Shown here piece by piece: positions 37,823 to 51,725 of a stretch of 64,000 nucleotides of DNA. Within the stretch, counting starts at the first letter, position 1, and each line of letters begins with the position of its first letter. Origin of the DNA: Eledone cirrhosa (lineage: Eukaryota); assembly GCA_964016885.1 (NCBI GenBank), contig OZ024740.1:54064001-54128000 (forward strand), given 5' to 3'. The notes below the pieces were generated by a model. That model was not told the origin of the DNA. It did not search any database and saw only the letters and a list, made by a program, of their open reading frames with translations. A program made the translations under genes and the position numbers.

Positions 37823-38215
37823 TATATAAATAAAGAAATAAAATAAATAAATAAATAAATAAATAAATTAATACACACAGTCAGACAAATATATATGTGT
37901 TGGTATGTATATTTAATTTTGATAGTTTGTATAATTTTGTATAATTTTGTACATAGATCTGTTGAATATACATGCCAATTCTAACACATATATATCCTAG
38001 AAACGATCGTTAAATAATGAACTTTTTTTGTTTAATATAAGGAACTGTTTCATTGTTTTATTCATTATTTTTTTAATATTTTATCTTGACTCTGTATTCC
38101 GTTTATCTTTCACCGAAAGTGATTTTTCATTGCATCTCTTCTTTCCATGATATCCGGATTACATTGAGTTCTTCATACGGATTGGACACTACCGTAAACT
38201 CTTAGTAGATTTATC

Positions 38216-38289
<74 letters not shown>

Positions 38290-39503
38290 ATATATATATA
38301 TATATCATATATATATATATATATATCACATACGATACGGAGAATCAGTGGTGCGACGAATTAAAATTCATTAGACATATTACAATCGTTTATCTGGAGT
38401 CCAGCTCGAGGTACAATCGATGCAATGATGGAACCTGACTCTGAAATCGCAAGATCCTCAGATACGTCTCGATTCTTCGAAGCAGAGTTTCCAAATATAT
38501 GTATAAATACAAACAATCAAGTATTATGGGGTGCTTGCAGAGTGTTAAATTTTAGGTAAAAAATAGAATGGTGTTTATATAAGATCAAATGTCATTTGGA
38601 TCACTATAGCACGGAGACAAGTTTTGCCAAATATTATGTGTGAATTTGAAATATATTTCATTATATAACTGACCTGTATTTATTTTACTTGCTGATGGTG
38701 TTGCTGTTCGAGCTTATCATTCATTAAAAGCATACCAACTCTGATCGTCTTATCTCTTTAACGCATTAGAGTTATTTTGTTTGTTATATCTCGTAGCTTA
38801 CGTTTTACCTTTTTACTGATTTCCATTCATTAGTATTTATTTTAAACCCCAGCCAGAGAAAAGACAAACTAGTCTATACTATTTTTGTTGCTTAACTAAA
38901 ATCTACACCGATTGATCTGTGTGGAGATAAAACACATTTCACTCATTAATAATTACATCTTTTTCAGGTATTTCTAGGGCTACATTATCTAGTTATGCTC
39001 TTTCCTTTCAAAGACAGAAATATGAAATTTGAGGCGGCTTTGCAGCTTTCTATCAAATAGAAGCAGATATCTATCAAATAGAAGCTCCCCCATTGGTTGA
39101 AATTTAACCAGTTACTTTCTGTGCAGACATATGATATTCTATGTATGATAAGGACTGCACCAGGAATTTAAACAGAAAGGTTTTAGGTAATTGAATGGAA
39201 TCCAAGTTATTATTGATATTTCTTTATCGACCACTAGAATAAAAATAAAGGGAAATCGCTTGTGGCAGAATGAGAAATAAATGCTATAAATGCTTTTGTA
39301 CGTCATTCTCCCAAATCTAACATTTCGCTACATTATAGCAAAGATAATAATATCTATCATAGTAGAGAAAGACAATGTATCAAATCGCTTTGTAGCACAT
39401 CATGGATATATCGTTCTTTAATATAGAAATAGCTTCAACAGGACTAGAACTGTTTCATTTGTATAGAAGTCATTAACACCGATTTTACTCGGGGTTCACA
39501 CAT

Positions 39504-39599
<96 letters not shown>

Positions 39600-42500
39600 G
39601 TGTGTGTCTGTGTGTGTTAGTGTGTGTGTGTGTGTAAACACAGATAATAATAACTTTGGCTTTATTATATAGAAACTACGTAATATGAGAGCTGCAGCTT
39701 CATAACATGTCTTCCCCATTGTGTGGCTGTTGCGTTCCATTTCCGTACGACGAGTTAGGGAAAATGGGTGATCCACGTTCGATTTGGAAAGTAAATATTG
39801 AAATAACAAAATGGGATGAATATGTTGAGATTGCAAAAAGCTAAGGAAAAGGATGAAATCAGAGATTCTGTAACCTTGGTTATGTTCATCAATACCGATA
39901 TATTTCAGATATACTATCCATATGTAACTACCACCCTAAATGTGACAAGAATGTGATGCGGAGTGGAAAAACTGTAAAATATGCAAACATGCACTGAAAA
40001 ACATAAGATATTATTATTATGCTGTCGTTTCAGTGATATCGTTGAACTATCAGAGAATGCTTACTCTTATGGTTCCATGGATATGAAAATATTTCTGTAG
40101 TAACAGTACATATAAAATAATGAAATTGTTAATTTCATTTACATACACTTGCTGACATAGTTAAATAGGAGTGTCACTGAAATTGTGTTCAGATCACAAG
40201 CATTGGATGAAACCTTTTCACACCCCGTTACCTGAGAAAATGAATTCATCAAAAACGAAAATTATGAATGAATCAAATTGTATACGTGTTTGTCATGAAA
40301 AAGTTAACTACCATAGTTGTTCCGTGATTTAATATGCAGGCTAATTATGGTGGCAATATAAATAATTGATTTCGGCATTAATTTCACTATGTGGAACATT
40401 GGATATGTGATATATAGCATAATATCGCGTTCAGGAAAGCCTTTGTGTATGAAAGTATGTAGGCCGTAAGACTGCTGGTGCTCGTAGAAAGGACCGTCCT
40501 TCATAACAGTTTTCAGAGTTAATCCGTCAACAGTTTTAACATTTCCACTCAACACGCCGTTGCAAATGTTTAGGACATGCATTCGTCCAATAGTAACAGC
40601 TGTCCTGGAAAGGTTCATGGAGCCTGCTTTCCTCTTCCGATGAAACATTAAAAATTTACCATGAAAAATATCACATTATAAATAGATATTCATGATAACA
40701 TGCTCGACTTATCGATAGCTAAACTGTTATATTTGACTTGTTCCGTAATGAATTCTGTGTCGTCAGGATGATCTGATTATTTGGAAGGTAGAATATTTAA
40801 TTAATAAAGCAGAAAGGTGAGCGAAAATTAGATTGACATGTTTCCCAAACATACATGTTAATGAGACAGGGAATTTTATATTGTTTCAATTTATCTGTAC
40901 GACATTATTATAAGAACATGTGTAAAAGTGATTTAACCAATTCCATTCTGTCTAATCTCTTCATCATTCTGAAAAGAACGTAGAATAGTACAGCAGAACG
41001 TTATAACATATTCCTATTAAGGTTTCCTTGCATAACATCAATAATTAGTTGAGTTTGGCTTACAATGACCACAAGGCAGTTTACTAAATGAAAGTGCCTA
41101 ATCAAATTACTTTCTTTAAAATATGGAATTTGGATAACATTCAAAATTATTTATGAATTGTTAATCGATGTTAGTCTAAATCACAATGAGAAATTCATTG
41201 GAAGTCATCTCTCCTGATAATTCCAAATACGCAAGAGAAAGTTTTTAAGGGGCCGACTTTAGCATACGAATTATCTTCAAGTGAGCTATATATATATTAA
41301 TCACTTTCTTGCACCTTCTCATGGAATATTCATCTAATATTGTGTGTAGTTGGTTATCAACAGGTTATTGAAAAATTGGTAATTTTGCTAGGCACGTATT
41401 CAGTAGATAGTAGTTTAAAAGATGAAGCAAATATATATATATTAAGTTTGTGTATCTCTGGATTTTAGTCAGAAGCAGCACCGAGTTGCTGACAACAATG
41501 GGAAGAAGGTGGTTGAAGTTTACCTTGAAGTTGACGCCTGGAAAAAAATACTCCGAAGGAGAAAATATCAAAAGTCAAAGAGAGGAAAATTTGTGTAAAT
41601 CTTTTAAATCAGGCTCGCCGCCGTGAACACAATATAGACTGACGGGAGGTCCAGTTCATCAAGACAATCTTACAAATAATTTTATTGACGTCAAATAGAG
41701 TGAAACCAAAAGTTGATCCCCGTGTCTTCTCAGCTCGGTTATGGCCCGTTTGCAAACCCACTGCTCTCTTAGTCTTAAATATATTATGGCAAATATATTT
41801 GTTCATTTACCCTTCTTTGAGTTTCACTTCAGCTAGTTGAGTTGGAGATAGGAAATATCATGATAGAGGTGATATCATGCATGATCTAGTTTCTTTATCA
41901 ACGCTCTGAATATCTCTCATATGTTCATCCTTATGGAAAACAAAGCATCTAATTCAACTAATCATTAATATCTTCTTCCAATACCAAATATCCTGTCCAA
42001 ATTTCTTGAAATTCCGCTGATAGTTTAATACAAATTTCAGACTAATAATAATAATAACAACAACAATAACAACAACAACAATAACAACATCATCATCATC
42101 AACAACAACAACAACAAAAACAAGAAAACTCGAAATTTTGAAAATAAATTATGTCATTACTTTGATTGTCTATTCACTTGCATTCCCTTGTGCAGAACAC
42201 CGGAAACCTTTAAAATTGTTATTTCAGAGCTTATTTTATATAGAGTAATTTCATTAGTAACTCTGAATAGATGGTATCAATTCAGGCAAAATCGTACTTT
42301 GTTTTCTATTGTAACATATATATAGATAGATATTTAGCAATCCGCGAGGAATTACGCTTATCGGATGACAATTTATATGATACAACTCTTAATAGATATT
42401 TAAATCGATCGTAAATGCTTAACGGCTGAGCTACTGTATGACAAATATCTTCATAAGGGAATTAACTTTACTTTAAGAGTAGCTATAATGTGTCAATACT

Positions 42501-42796
42501 AAATTGTTTCCAATAGATTAACTTTGAAAGCAACTATAAGGTTATAATACTTTAACATTTGTGATCTCTGTAAGACACAGTTAATAGTATAGTATGAACA
42601 AAGTAGCTGTTCCCGAAATCAAATTCGTTCTTCTCTGAAAACAATCTAGAGAAACGTGATTGGTAATGAGATGAATGCATTTACTGTGTAACATATAAAT
42701 ATCATTATCAATAATCACTAGAAAGTATTTGATGGGCTCTATTAAATAACAAATTAGAAGTAAGGTACACGTATGCACATAAACAGGGAGACATAT

Positions 42797-42930
<134 letters not shown>

Positions 42931-43093
42931 GTTGAGAAGGTAACACACCAGAGAGAGATATATAGTGCGTTATCAATAATACAGGGAAAAAAACCACCAG
43001 TGTATGGAATCTATAACCTATGAAAGGCAGACTATAGACACGATAATTAAAAATATAAATTAAAGCGTAAATAAATACCTTTATAACTATATA

Positions 43094-43174
43094 ACACACG
43101 TACAAATCCAAAGATATGTTTCACCAAAAAATTTGTTGAAAGAAATGGTCTAGTCTCGGTTCATCAGCGTGTGT
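43094..43174 (-). ncRNA. Type I hammerhead ribozyme
   Basis: Mirror copy of 43382-43462. Confidence 0.8.
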
Positions 43175-43381
43175 AAGGCCATACATTTCAGAAAACACTA
43201 AGAGAGTTTTACAATTGACTGTCCAGCTACACGTGGGAGAGTGTGTCACAGCGTGTTTAAGGGCAGTGAACCAGAGGCCACTGGTTCACTGCCCTTAAAC
43301 ACGCTGTGACTTCTCTCTCCCACGTGTAGCTGGACAGTCAATTGTAAAATTCTCTTAGTGTTGTCTGAAATGTATGGCCTT

Positions 43382-43462
43382 ACACACGCTGATGAACCGA
43401 GACTAGACCATTTCTTTCAACAAATTTTTTGGTGAAACATATCTTTGGATTTGTACGTGTGT
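43382..43462 (+). ncRNA. Type I hammerhead ribozyme
   Basis: ACACACG-CTGATGA-ACC...GGT-GAAA-CATATC ttt GGATTTG-TA-CGTGTGT; 7-bp stem I, GUA triplet, predicted cut after 43455. Confidence 0.8.
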
Positions 43463-43714
43463 TATATAGTTATAAAGGTATTTATTTACGCTTTAATTTA
43501 TATTTTTAATTATCGTGTCTATAGTCTGCCTTTCATAGGTTATAGATTCCATACACTGGTGGTTTTTTTCCCTGTATTATTGATAACGCACTATATCTCT
43601 CTCTCTGGTGTGTTACCTTCTCAACATATTATATTTTAAAGGGCTCAGGATCTCTTCCCCTTTGAGCACATTATTTACAGGGAATAACGACGGCCTATGC
43701 CTCCGTTAATTTAT

Positions 43715-43757
<43 letters not shown>

Positions 43758-43776
43758 TATATATATATATACATAC

Positions 43777-43825
<49 letters not shown>

Positions 43826-44041
43826 TGTGTGTGTGTATGTGTGCGTGCACGCGTGTGTGTATGCGTATAACGATTCTGTTACGAAGTCCATTTCCTTTGG
43901 ATTGTATTCCAGTGTTACGGCTGTAGGGTGCAGAGTTTAAATAGAGTTAAAAGAGGTGAAGTCAGTGTTGTAGCATGTGGACAAATAACATTTGAACATT
44001 CGTACATATACAGCAACACTGACCTCAACTCTTTCAATCAA

Positions 44042-44127
<86 letters not shown>

Positions 44128-44136
<9 letters not shown>

Positions 44137-44372
44137 ATACTTTGGGAGGGTCATGTTGCCAATAAGAAACACACGCACCAGTTGCTTTCACTTCAATTTA
44201 TTATATATTTATAAATTTATAAATTTATAAATATATAATAAATTGAAGTGAAAGCAACTGGTGCGTGTTTCTTATTGGCAACATGACCCTCCCAAAGTAT
44301 AACAATATCGGTTTCAACACACGATTTCAAATAAAGAATCTTGCTAAACAAATTCAGAAACGAAATATATAT
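44128..44372 (+). mobile_element. Family B fold-back (3'-terminal hairpin only)
   Basis: Arms 44128-44207 and ~44232-44308; extension to ...aaattcagaaacga; matches 19200-19333. Confidence 0.8.
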
Positions 44373-44399
44373 TTTTCATGCACGCTTTTCCTCGGAGGC

Positions 44400-44830
44400 A
44401 AGTTTCAGTTTCTATTTCCCTAGCACCACCCCTTTGCGTAGTATTTGTCTCCATCGTGGGCGATCATTAGCGACCTCCTCTAATCTCTGGGTTTCCAGAT
44501 CAATTGATTTAATATCTCTCCTTCAGACGTCTTTCAAACGGAGATGTGACCGTCCTCGTGCTTTTCAGGCGGTGACCGGTTCCCCACACAGTATCTTCAT
44601 GTCCGGCATACGATGTACGTGATGAAGCCAGCGCCGACAGCGCTGTTTGAGCAGGTTATATATGTTTGGTATCCTGGCGCGGGTGAGCACTTCTGTGTTG
44701 GCGAGCCAGTCGTCCCAGAATGTGTCTCAGGCTACAAAGGCGGAAAACATTGAGACGCTCTGTCTCACTGCCGTAATATAGAATGCTGAGGACCTACGCA
44801 TTGTAGACAACAATCTGTTCTCCTAGACTC
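44400..44830 (-). pseudogene. Degraded RTE-clade LINE 3' coding fragment
   Basis: Manual translation: LLKQRCRRWLHHVHRMPD...RGRSHLRLKDV*RRDIK...EEVANDRPRWRQ. Confidence 0.7.
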
Positions 44831-45504
44831 TCAAAACAAAGCGAGGTTTCAGATTAAGGTCCTTATTGATTATACTCAGTTACGACCGTTTTACAGATGG
44901 GTGGCTGACATCAACAATTCATTAGCTCTTTCTATGGTATTTCACGGGAATGTATACAAAACATGATTCAACAACCACAGTTATATAGGTCTAACTCTTT
45001 GGCTCCCAGCCTGGGGACTGCATAAGCCTGGAAGTCCGCTGAGAATCTACAAAGAATTTGTGAGCTAATTATTTCAAATTTGTTGTTTTAAACATAATAT
45101 ACACACAATCATGGGTGACCATTCTTCTTTGAGAATAAATATTCTATTTTTTCCTATTATTCTTCTTCCCGCACATCAGTCAGGGAAGAGAGTCATAGTA
45201 GTACAAAGGCGGAGAGGGCGGTCACGAAAATAAAAGTGTGCCGGTCGTAAAATGGTTGGCAAATGTGAAACCATTGAAACCGAGATATAACCACCACTTT
45301 AATACTCCAGTAACTGACCTGCACAAATTTGTTCAAGTACGACATGTCTTAAAAAGGGAAATTATTGGATTTCCATGGGATTACAGCCAATGAAGGCATA
45401 TTTGAAAACATTATAAATCCCAAATGAAAATCAGTTTACTTTTGTAGTAACAAATCCCGGTTTATTTTTAGAAACTGAAAATTGAACGGGTGAAGATTCA
45501 CTAT

Positions 45505-45656
45505 TGGTGAATTGGCAGTATCGGTAAAGGGTCGGACGCCATGCTTTCCACCATAGTTTCGTCCCTTTACGGTCTGAGTTCAAATCCCGTCGAGGTTAAC
45601 TTTGTCTTTCATCCTTACCGGTCGATAAAATAAAGTACCAAAAGTAGAAACAACTA
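45505..45656 (+). mobile_element. tRNA-derived SINE copy with a 3' internal deletion
   Basis: Homology to the other copies. Confidence 0.8.
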
Positions 45657-46147
45657 TTATGTTATTCGTTTTATTTATTATTTATTTTTTTGGCGTTGTT
45701 GATGCAGATACTATATTAATTTGTATGAATGCCCATACCTATATACAGTTACATCTTTCAAACACATAGTATAAAGTTGTTGATACATACGGTGTTAGTT
45801 GAGCGAAACGAATGGTTATGTGAGTCATTACACACTAACATGATAACAGATAAGATCGGCTTCGTTATCACGCCTGGCGATTAATTGATATATTAGACAA
45901 AACCATGATGATTACTCCGGCGTATATGGAGGGTATAGATATGACACGTGGAATGATTGAGATTAAAGCATTTAGAGGTATGTGACACAAATGACATAAT
46001 CATTTGCAACACTAATTTCAGGAAACTGTTCAGCCACTTGAGAAATTAATAATTAGACATACCCCTATATAAGATAGCCTTCATTCTCCCCAGAAAATGA
46101 AATCGACAGGTGGTCCCCACGCAAACACACATACACACATACACACA

Positions 46148-46232
<85 letters not shown>

Positions 46233-46375
46233 ACACACTCTCTCTCACACACACACTCTCTCACACACACACACTCTCACACAGACACATACTCTCTCTC
46301 ACACACACACATACACACACAAAATACACCAACGTACACATATTTATACACACATATGTACACATATTTTCCCCT

Positions 46376-46950
46376 GCAGCATCGGTAGAGGATCTGACGT
46401 CATGCTTTGCAGCATAGAGTTACGGCCCTTCATGGTCTGAATTCAAATCCCACCGAGGTTAACTTTGCCTTTCATCCTTACGGGGTCGATAAAATAAAGC
46501 ACCAGTAATACACTATGGGTTATTGCTGGTCTTGTGCCAAATGTAGAAACAATTATTAAAGAGTGGTGGATTGGCAGTTTCGGTAGAGCGTCAGACACCA
46601 TACTTTTCAGCATAGAGTTATGGCCCTTTACTTTCTCAGTTCAAATCTCGCCGCGATTAGTTTTGCCTTTCATCCTTACGGGGTCGATAAAATAAAGCAC
46701 CAGTAATACACTATGGGTTATTGCTGGTCTTGTGCCAAATGTAGAAACAAATATTAAAGAGTGGTGGATTGGCAGTTTCGGTAGAGCGTCAGACACCATA
46801 CTTTTCAGCATAGAGTTATGGCCCTTTACTTTCTCAGTTCAAATCTCGCCGCGATTAGTTTTGCCTTTCATCCTTACGGGGTCGATAAAATAAAGCAACA
46901 GTAATGCACTGGGATATTTGCTGGCCTTGTGCCAAACGTAGTAACAATCA
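46376..46950 (+). mobile_element. Three tandem SINE copies
   Basis: Units at ~46376-46556, 46561-46755 and 46759-46950; ~198-bp periodicity with shared diagnostic changes. Confidence 0.85.
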
Positions 46951-47916
46951 TATAGATATCCAAACACTACAACATACGCATTGAGTACTTATTAATTATA
47001 AACTTCCTCGCTATTAACTAATAGTACTCTCCTTTGCCTTCTCACACACTTTCTGTGAATGTTTTTGTGTATTTGTGCCTGTTACTATATGCATATGTAT
47101 CTTTATATTTGTGTAAGCATGCATGTAATATATATATCTCTCAATCTCTCTTTCTCTCAGTAGTACTACAGAATTAATGCTCTGTTAGTATACACTGTTA
47201 AACTACAAGTATATGAAATTGCAATACCTAATCCATTAAACTGCACCACCAAATCCCTTACAAAAAGAAAACACAGAAATTACAGTCTTTAACAACAGAT
47301 AAATTTATTGTTTTCGTTAACTTCTAACATTCTAACATCTGATGACGCCATATTACTCGAAGAATTTTCTGTTTTGTTTTTCTCTTTTTACGTAATTTTA
47401 TCTTAATTCGAAATCATCTCCGCTTCATACAAACCCAATTTGATATCTTAACTTGATATGATTTCAATTTAATCATATCCTCGTGCAGTTATCATGATTC
47501 GATGATATCATTATTCGTGTTTTTTTTTCCCCACGATAATCAAAATCGATTCGCTACTTCGGAATATTTTTAATCACATAGATTCCCTTATTTTACTTTC
47601 GTTAGATATATAAACATATCGTTCACAACGAAGAGAAATGTTTGAAGAATTCGAAGAATCGAATTGATTGACAGATATGTTGTTGTCGAAGACTATTGAT
47701 CGGCGAAGAGCTGAGCCATTGCCTCAAGCAGGACAGCATCTGAACTTGATTGCTTTCAGATATAACCGAATGAATATTGATTTGTGTTAACTACTTGAAT
47801 TAATATAAATAAGATCCAATTTAGAAATTACTGTTTTTATTACTTGGAATTTTTTACTGTTTTCGTTTATATTTTTCGTAATCATATTCTATAGATAGAA
47901 GGCAGATTGAGGGAAA

Positions 47917-48033
<117 letters not shown>

Positions 48034-48066
48034 TTATATATATATAGGTATATATATATTTATATA

Positions 48067-48103
<37 letters not shown>

Positions 48104-48165
48104 GAACGGAAAAAATGAAACGAAATTTCATTTCTCACTCTTACTACGGCTGTTACTTAAATATA

Positions 48166-48677
48166 AGTATGTACACATACATACATATATGTATACAGAC
48201 GTACAGTAGTATGTATATATATACATACATGCACATATATATATATATATGTACGTATGAATTTACCGAACATTTATTATAATGCTCCGTGTGTTTGTAA
48301 ACACACCGTTTATCGTTTTCGGTGCGCCCGGCCGATTAACTCACTCGATATGGAAATTAGGCTGCTCAGCCGTTAATATGCATAAGGAAAGCATATACTT
48401 TCAGACGTTCAATCATCTGGCATGAAGGTATACGGTGCTGACAATAGCTAATAAGCTTGAAACTAGTACATTGTTCCTTTGCCAGTGTTGAACAAAAGGG
48501 CAACGATGGTTGCTAAACACTCCACGGCTTAATACGGGATGTTTGTTTACAAACACACCGAGCATTATAATAAATGTTCGGTAAATCCATACGTACATAT
48601 ATATATATGTGTGCATGTATGTATATATATACAGACTACTGTACGTCTGTATACATATATATATGTACGTATACATA

Positions 48678-48680
<3 letters not shown>
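48166..48680 (+). mobile_element. Family J fold-back with an internal degenerate hammerhead
   Basis: Arms ~48166-48305 and ~48540-48680; GGTG-CTGACAA-TAGCT aata AGCTT-GAAA-CTAG-TA-CATT at 48434-48472. Confidence 0.65.
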
Positions 48681-48748
<68 letters not shown>

Positions 48749-48995
48749 TTAAGTCGTTTGGAAGCCTCGACAATGCAGATGGGTAAATCTCGGGGTAACA
48801 AGATCCGGTGTTGGAGAGAGAGATGTAAGTGGGTGTACGTTGAGATGCGTGGCGTGTATAAGACTGTAACGTGTAGAGGAATGAAGCAAAGAGCGTAAAG
48901 GATAAAAATAAAAATAACAACACGAGAAAGAGTTACCTTACGAGAGATTTAATTGTCCCTATATATTTCGGATTCACATCTATCAACTGGGTTTT

Positions 48996-50112
48996 GGTCC
49001 AGGTGGCGTTGATGTGCTCTTCTATCTGCGCAGTAGTGATTCCCGTGAACTTGGAGTAGAGGTTGTCATCGTCAAGGTGTTGGAGGGCCAGGGTGTTGTA
49101 GGCCTCTCTGCTGATGACGCAGAATTCTTTTTCCTTGTCGAAGGGGAGGCAGATGAGGTTCTTCGATTTTAGGTTGGAGAGAGTGGTGAGTTGAGATTTG
49201 GTGAGGTTGTGTGTTGTGCGTGTGTGTGTGTGTGTGTGTGTATGTTTGTGAAGTATATCCGAGATGGAATGTTTTAGCCTGATGAGTTTAGTGTCGAGTT
49301 CATGGTTGGTGGGTGGGGTGGAGTGGGTTGTCGTGGTGGTAAGTGGGGAACTTGGGGTGGGTTGCGTGGGCGCTGTTATTTTCTGTGGCGCTGTTGATGG
49401 CGGTCACCCATTTAAGTTGGTAAGCGGCTCGACAAAAGTTGGCCTCGATGTTGAGTTTGAGTCTGTCGTCGAGTCGTTGTGAAACGATGAACTTTGGTCC
49501 GAGGTGTAGGAGTTTCAGCTCGTCGCTAGTGAGAGTGCAGGTTAGGTCGGTGACCAGGTGCGTCGCATCGTTGAGGTGTTGCTCGGTGTTGGTGGATGCG
49601 GCGGTGGCGGTTGTTAAGTAGTTGTTTTCCACGTGGTTCTGGTCCGTCTGTTCGTTAGTGTCGATGTTCTCGTTGTGGAGTTTAGATAAGATCCACTCAT
49701 ATTTCCGCTTGATTCGATTTTTCTCGTATTGGACTCTGGAGTGGTAGCACTGGTCGATTGCTTTAGTGATTTTCAGGGGCAAGTCGCCGGATGTTAATGA
49801 CAGTCGATGTGTCTGCTCTGAGAGTGTCCGCTTATGGACGTGTAATTGGCGGTTGAGATGTCTCAGGATCTCTTTAATACACGTGCGATGTTTGCGTTTA
49901 GTGGTGTTTTGGAAAGCTGGTGTATGTAGGCTTACTGGTAAGCGGATGTTCCTGATGGTGTTGGGGATGACATCGTTTTTTAGGCAGCGTTTCAGGAAAA
50001 TAATTTGACAGCCAGCCCATTTCTCCGACAGACTAAACAGTCCCCTTACGGATGCAAACAATTCTTGGCTCAGGTGTAAGTATAAGAGAGTATTGAAATT
50101 TGTTTGAAGCAT
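48996..50112 (-). pseudogene. PLE ORF N-terminal part
   Basis: IFLKRCLKNDVIP, LTSDELKLLHLGPKF, then HNLTKSQLTTLSNLK..LICLPFDKEKEFCVI (ADKG-like region). Confidence 0.75.
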
Positions 50113-50829
50113 TGTGGAATAATAAGGTAAATTTCTTCACGTCGTTTGGAAGCCTCGACAATGCAGATGGGTAAATCTCCGGGTAACAAGATCCGGTGGT
50201 GGAGAGAGAGATGTAAGTGGGTCTACTTTGAGATGCGTGGTGTGTATAAGACTGTAACGTGTAGAGGAATGAAGCAAAGAGCGTAAAGGATAAAAATAAA
50301 AATAACAACACGAGAAAGAGTTACCTTGGGAGAGATTTAATTGTCCCTATATATTTCGGATTCACATCCATCAACTGGGTTTTTTTTCCGCGGGGAGGGG
50401 GGGGGGGAGGTTGTCTGACGGAAAGGTGCGAAACGTGTCCTCCGCTATTCGTTGTTTTTAATATCTGAGGTATTCAGCAGAGCGCGCGTGCGCGTGAAAT
50501 GGGGTCGGCCAGGCAGAGGTCAGCGGCCGAACTTGTTCTTTCAATTGTGGGAATGAGGTGGCGCTAGCTTTCAGTCCATTCTCTGCCTGTTTGGTGAATG
50601 TTACTGTGTGTGTATGTGCGTGTGTTGTTGTCTCGTTTGAGTGTGTGTGTGTGTGCGTGTGTTGTTGCTTTGTTCCTCTGTATTGGCAGTGTAGTATATT
50701 CGTATGGTGGAATGCTAATGTGTGTGTGTGGGTGCGTGTGTTGCTGTCTCGCTTGTGTGTGTGTGTGTGTGTGTGCGTGTGTTGCTGCATCGTTTGTTAA
50801 CTTAAACCAACCACCTCATTTCGCTTCTC

Positions 50830-51725
50830 TCGGATCGGTTGTTTAATTGTGGCCTAGGCGTTTGATAAAAAGTGCTTCCTTGATACGTAACGTGCCGACG
50901 TTTCTTTCTGTCGCTAGAATTGTGACAATGGGCCTTCTGTCTTTGTTTCCGCATTTGGCTATGTGTTTCCGGAAAGACGAGGCTTGGTTTTAGTGTGTTC
51001 CTTGATCCGGATGTTCAACGGCCGGATTATGCTACCTATATAGTATTGGTTGCATTTGTTACATTCTATCTTATACACGACGTATGTGAGTAGGCAACAG
51101 TTCGCATGGCGCATCGGGCAGTCTGAGGGAGCACGCGTCAGTTGATTTCCCGGGTTTCCTGGAGAGGCATCTTCGAAGGGAGGGGCCCGAGTGGGCCAGG
51201 TGGATGTCGAGGCCCTCCCTCCGTATAGCTTTGCGGATAGCGTTGGTGGTATTCTCGCCCAGGTGTGGCATTTTAAGGAAGCACTTGCCTTGGGTGCCTC
51301 TCTGTCTCTTGTGTCTGGTGTCTCCTACTCTGTCTGTGAGCGAGGTAGGGTACTCGTTCGTCTCCAGCACCTCAAGGAATCGCTTGGTATGAGTGACACC
51401 ACTCGCGGGATCGCTGCATCTGTTTTTGATTCGCGGGATCTCGTTCGTGATATATCCTCTGTTGGCACTGTTAGGGAGGGCGGACTTGTAGTGGACGAAC
51501 AGGTCCCTGCATGCTGCCTTTCGGTAGAAGTTGCAGTGGGTCCCTCCCTGTTCCGTGATGATGAAGTCGAGGAGGGCAAGTGACCCGTCTTCGTTGGGGT
51601 GTTCAACACTGAAGTCAATGTTCTCGTCCGTGTTGTTGAACGTCTCATAGATTCTGTTCGCCATGTCTTGGGAAGATGTGATGATGAGGATATCGTTCAC
51701 GTATCTTGAGAAAAAGGCGACGCCG
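50830..51725 (-). pseudogene. PLE RT C-terminal half plus GIY-YIG fragment
   Basis: RYVNDILI, FSVEHP, LALLDF, FYRK, HYKSALP; then ECNKCNQYYIGS..RPLNIRIKEH. Confidence 0.8.

Larger units (their letters stand above)
27416..38219. mobile_element. Family G fold-back PLE remnant whose arms enclose the Naiad palindrome
   Basis: 27416-27610 is the near-exact reverse complement of 37890-38084; the right arm extends to (TA)n at 38219; hammerhead at 27480-27631. Confidence 0.75.

Noticed and set aside
40304-40648. 114-aa ORF as a host exon (likewise 58001-58334)
   Set aside because: No recognisable domain or supported splice structure.
50406-50443. Hammerhead-like ctgacgga...gaaacgtgtc in the PLE terminal repeat
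   Set aside because: Antisense to the ORF, no stem II, and the second copy (~52012-52045) lacks CTGA.
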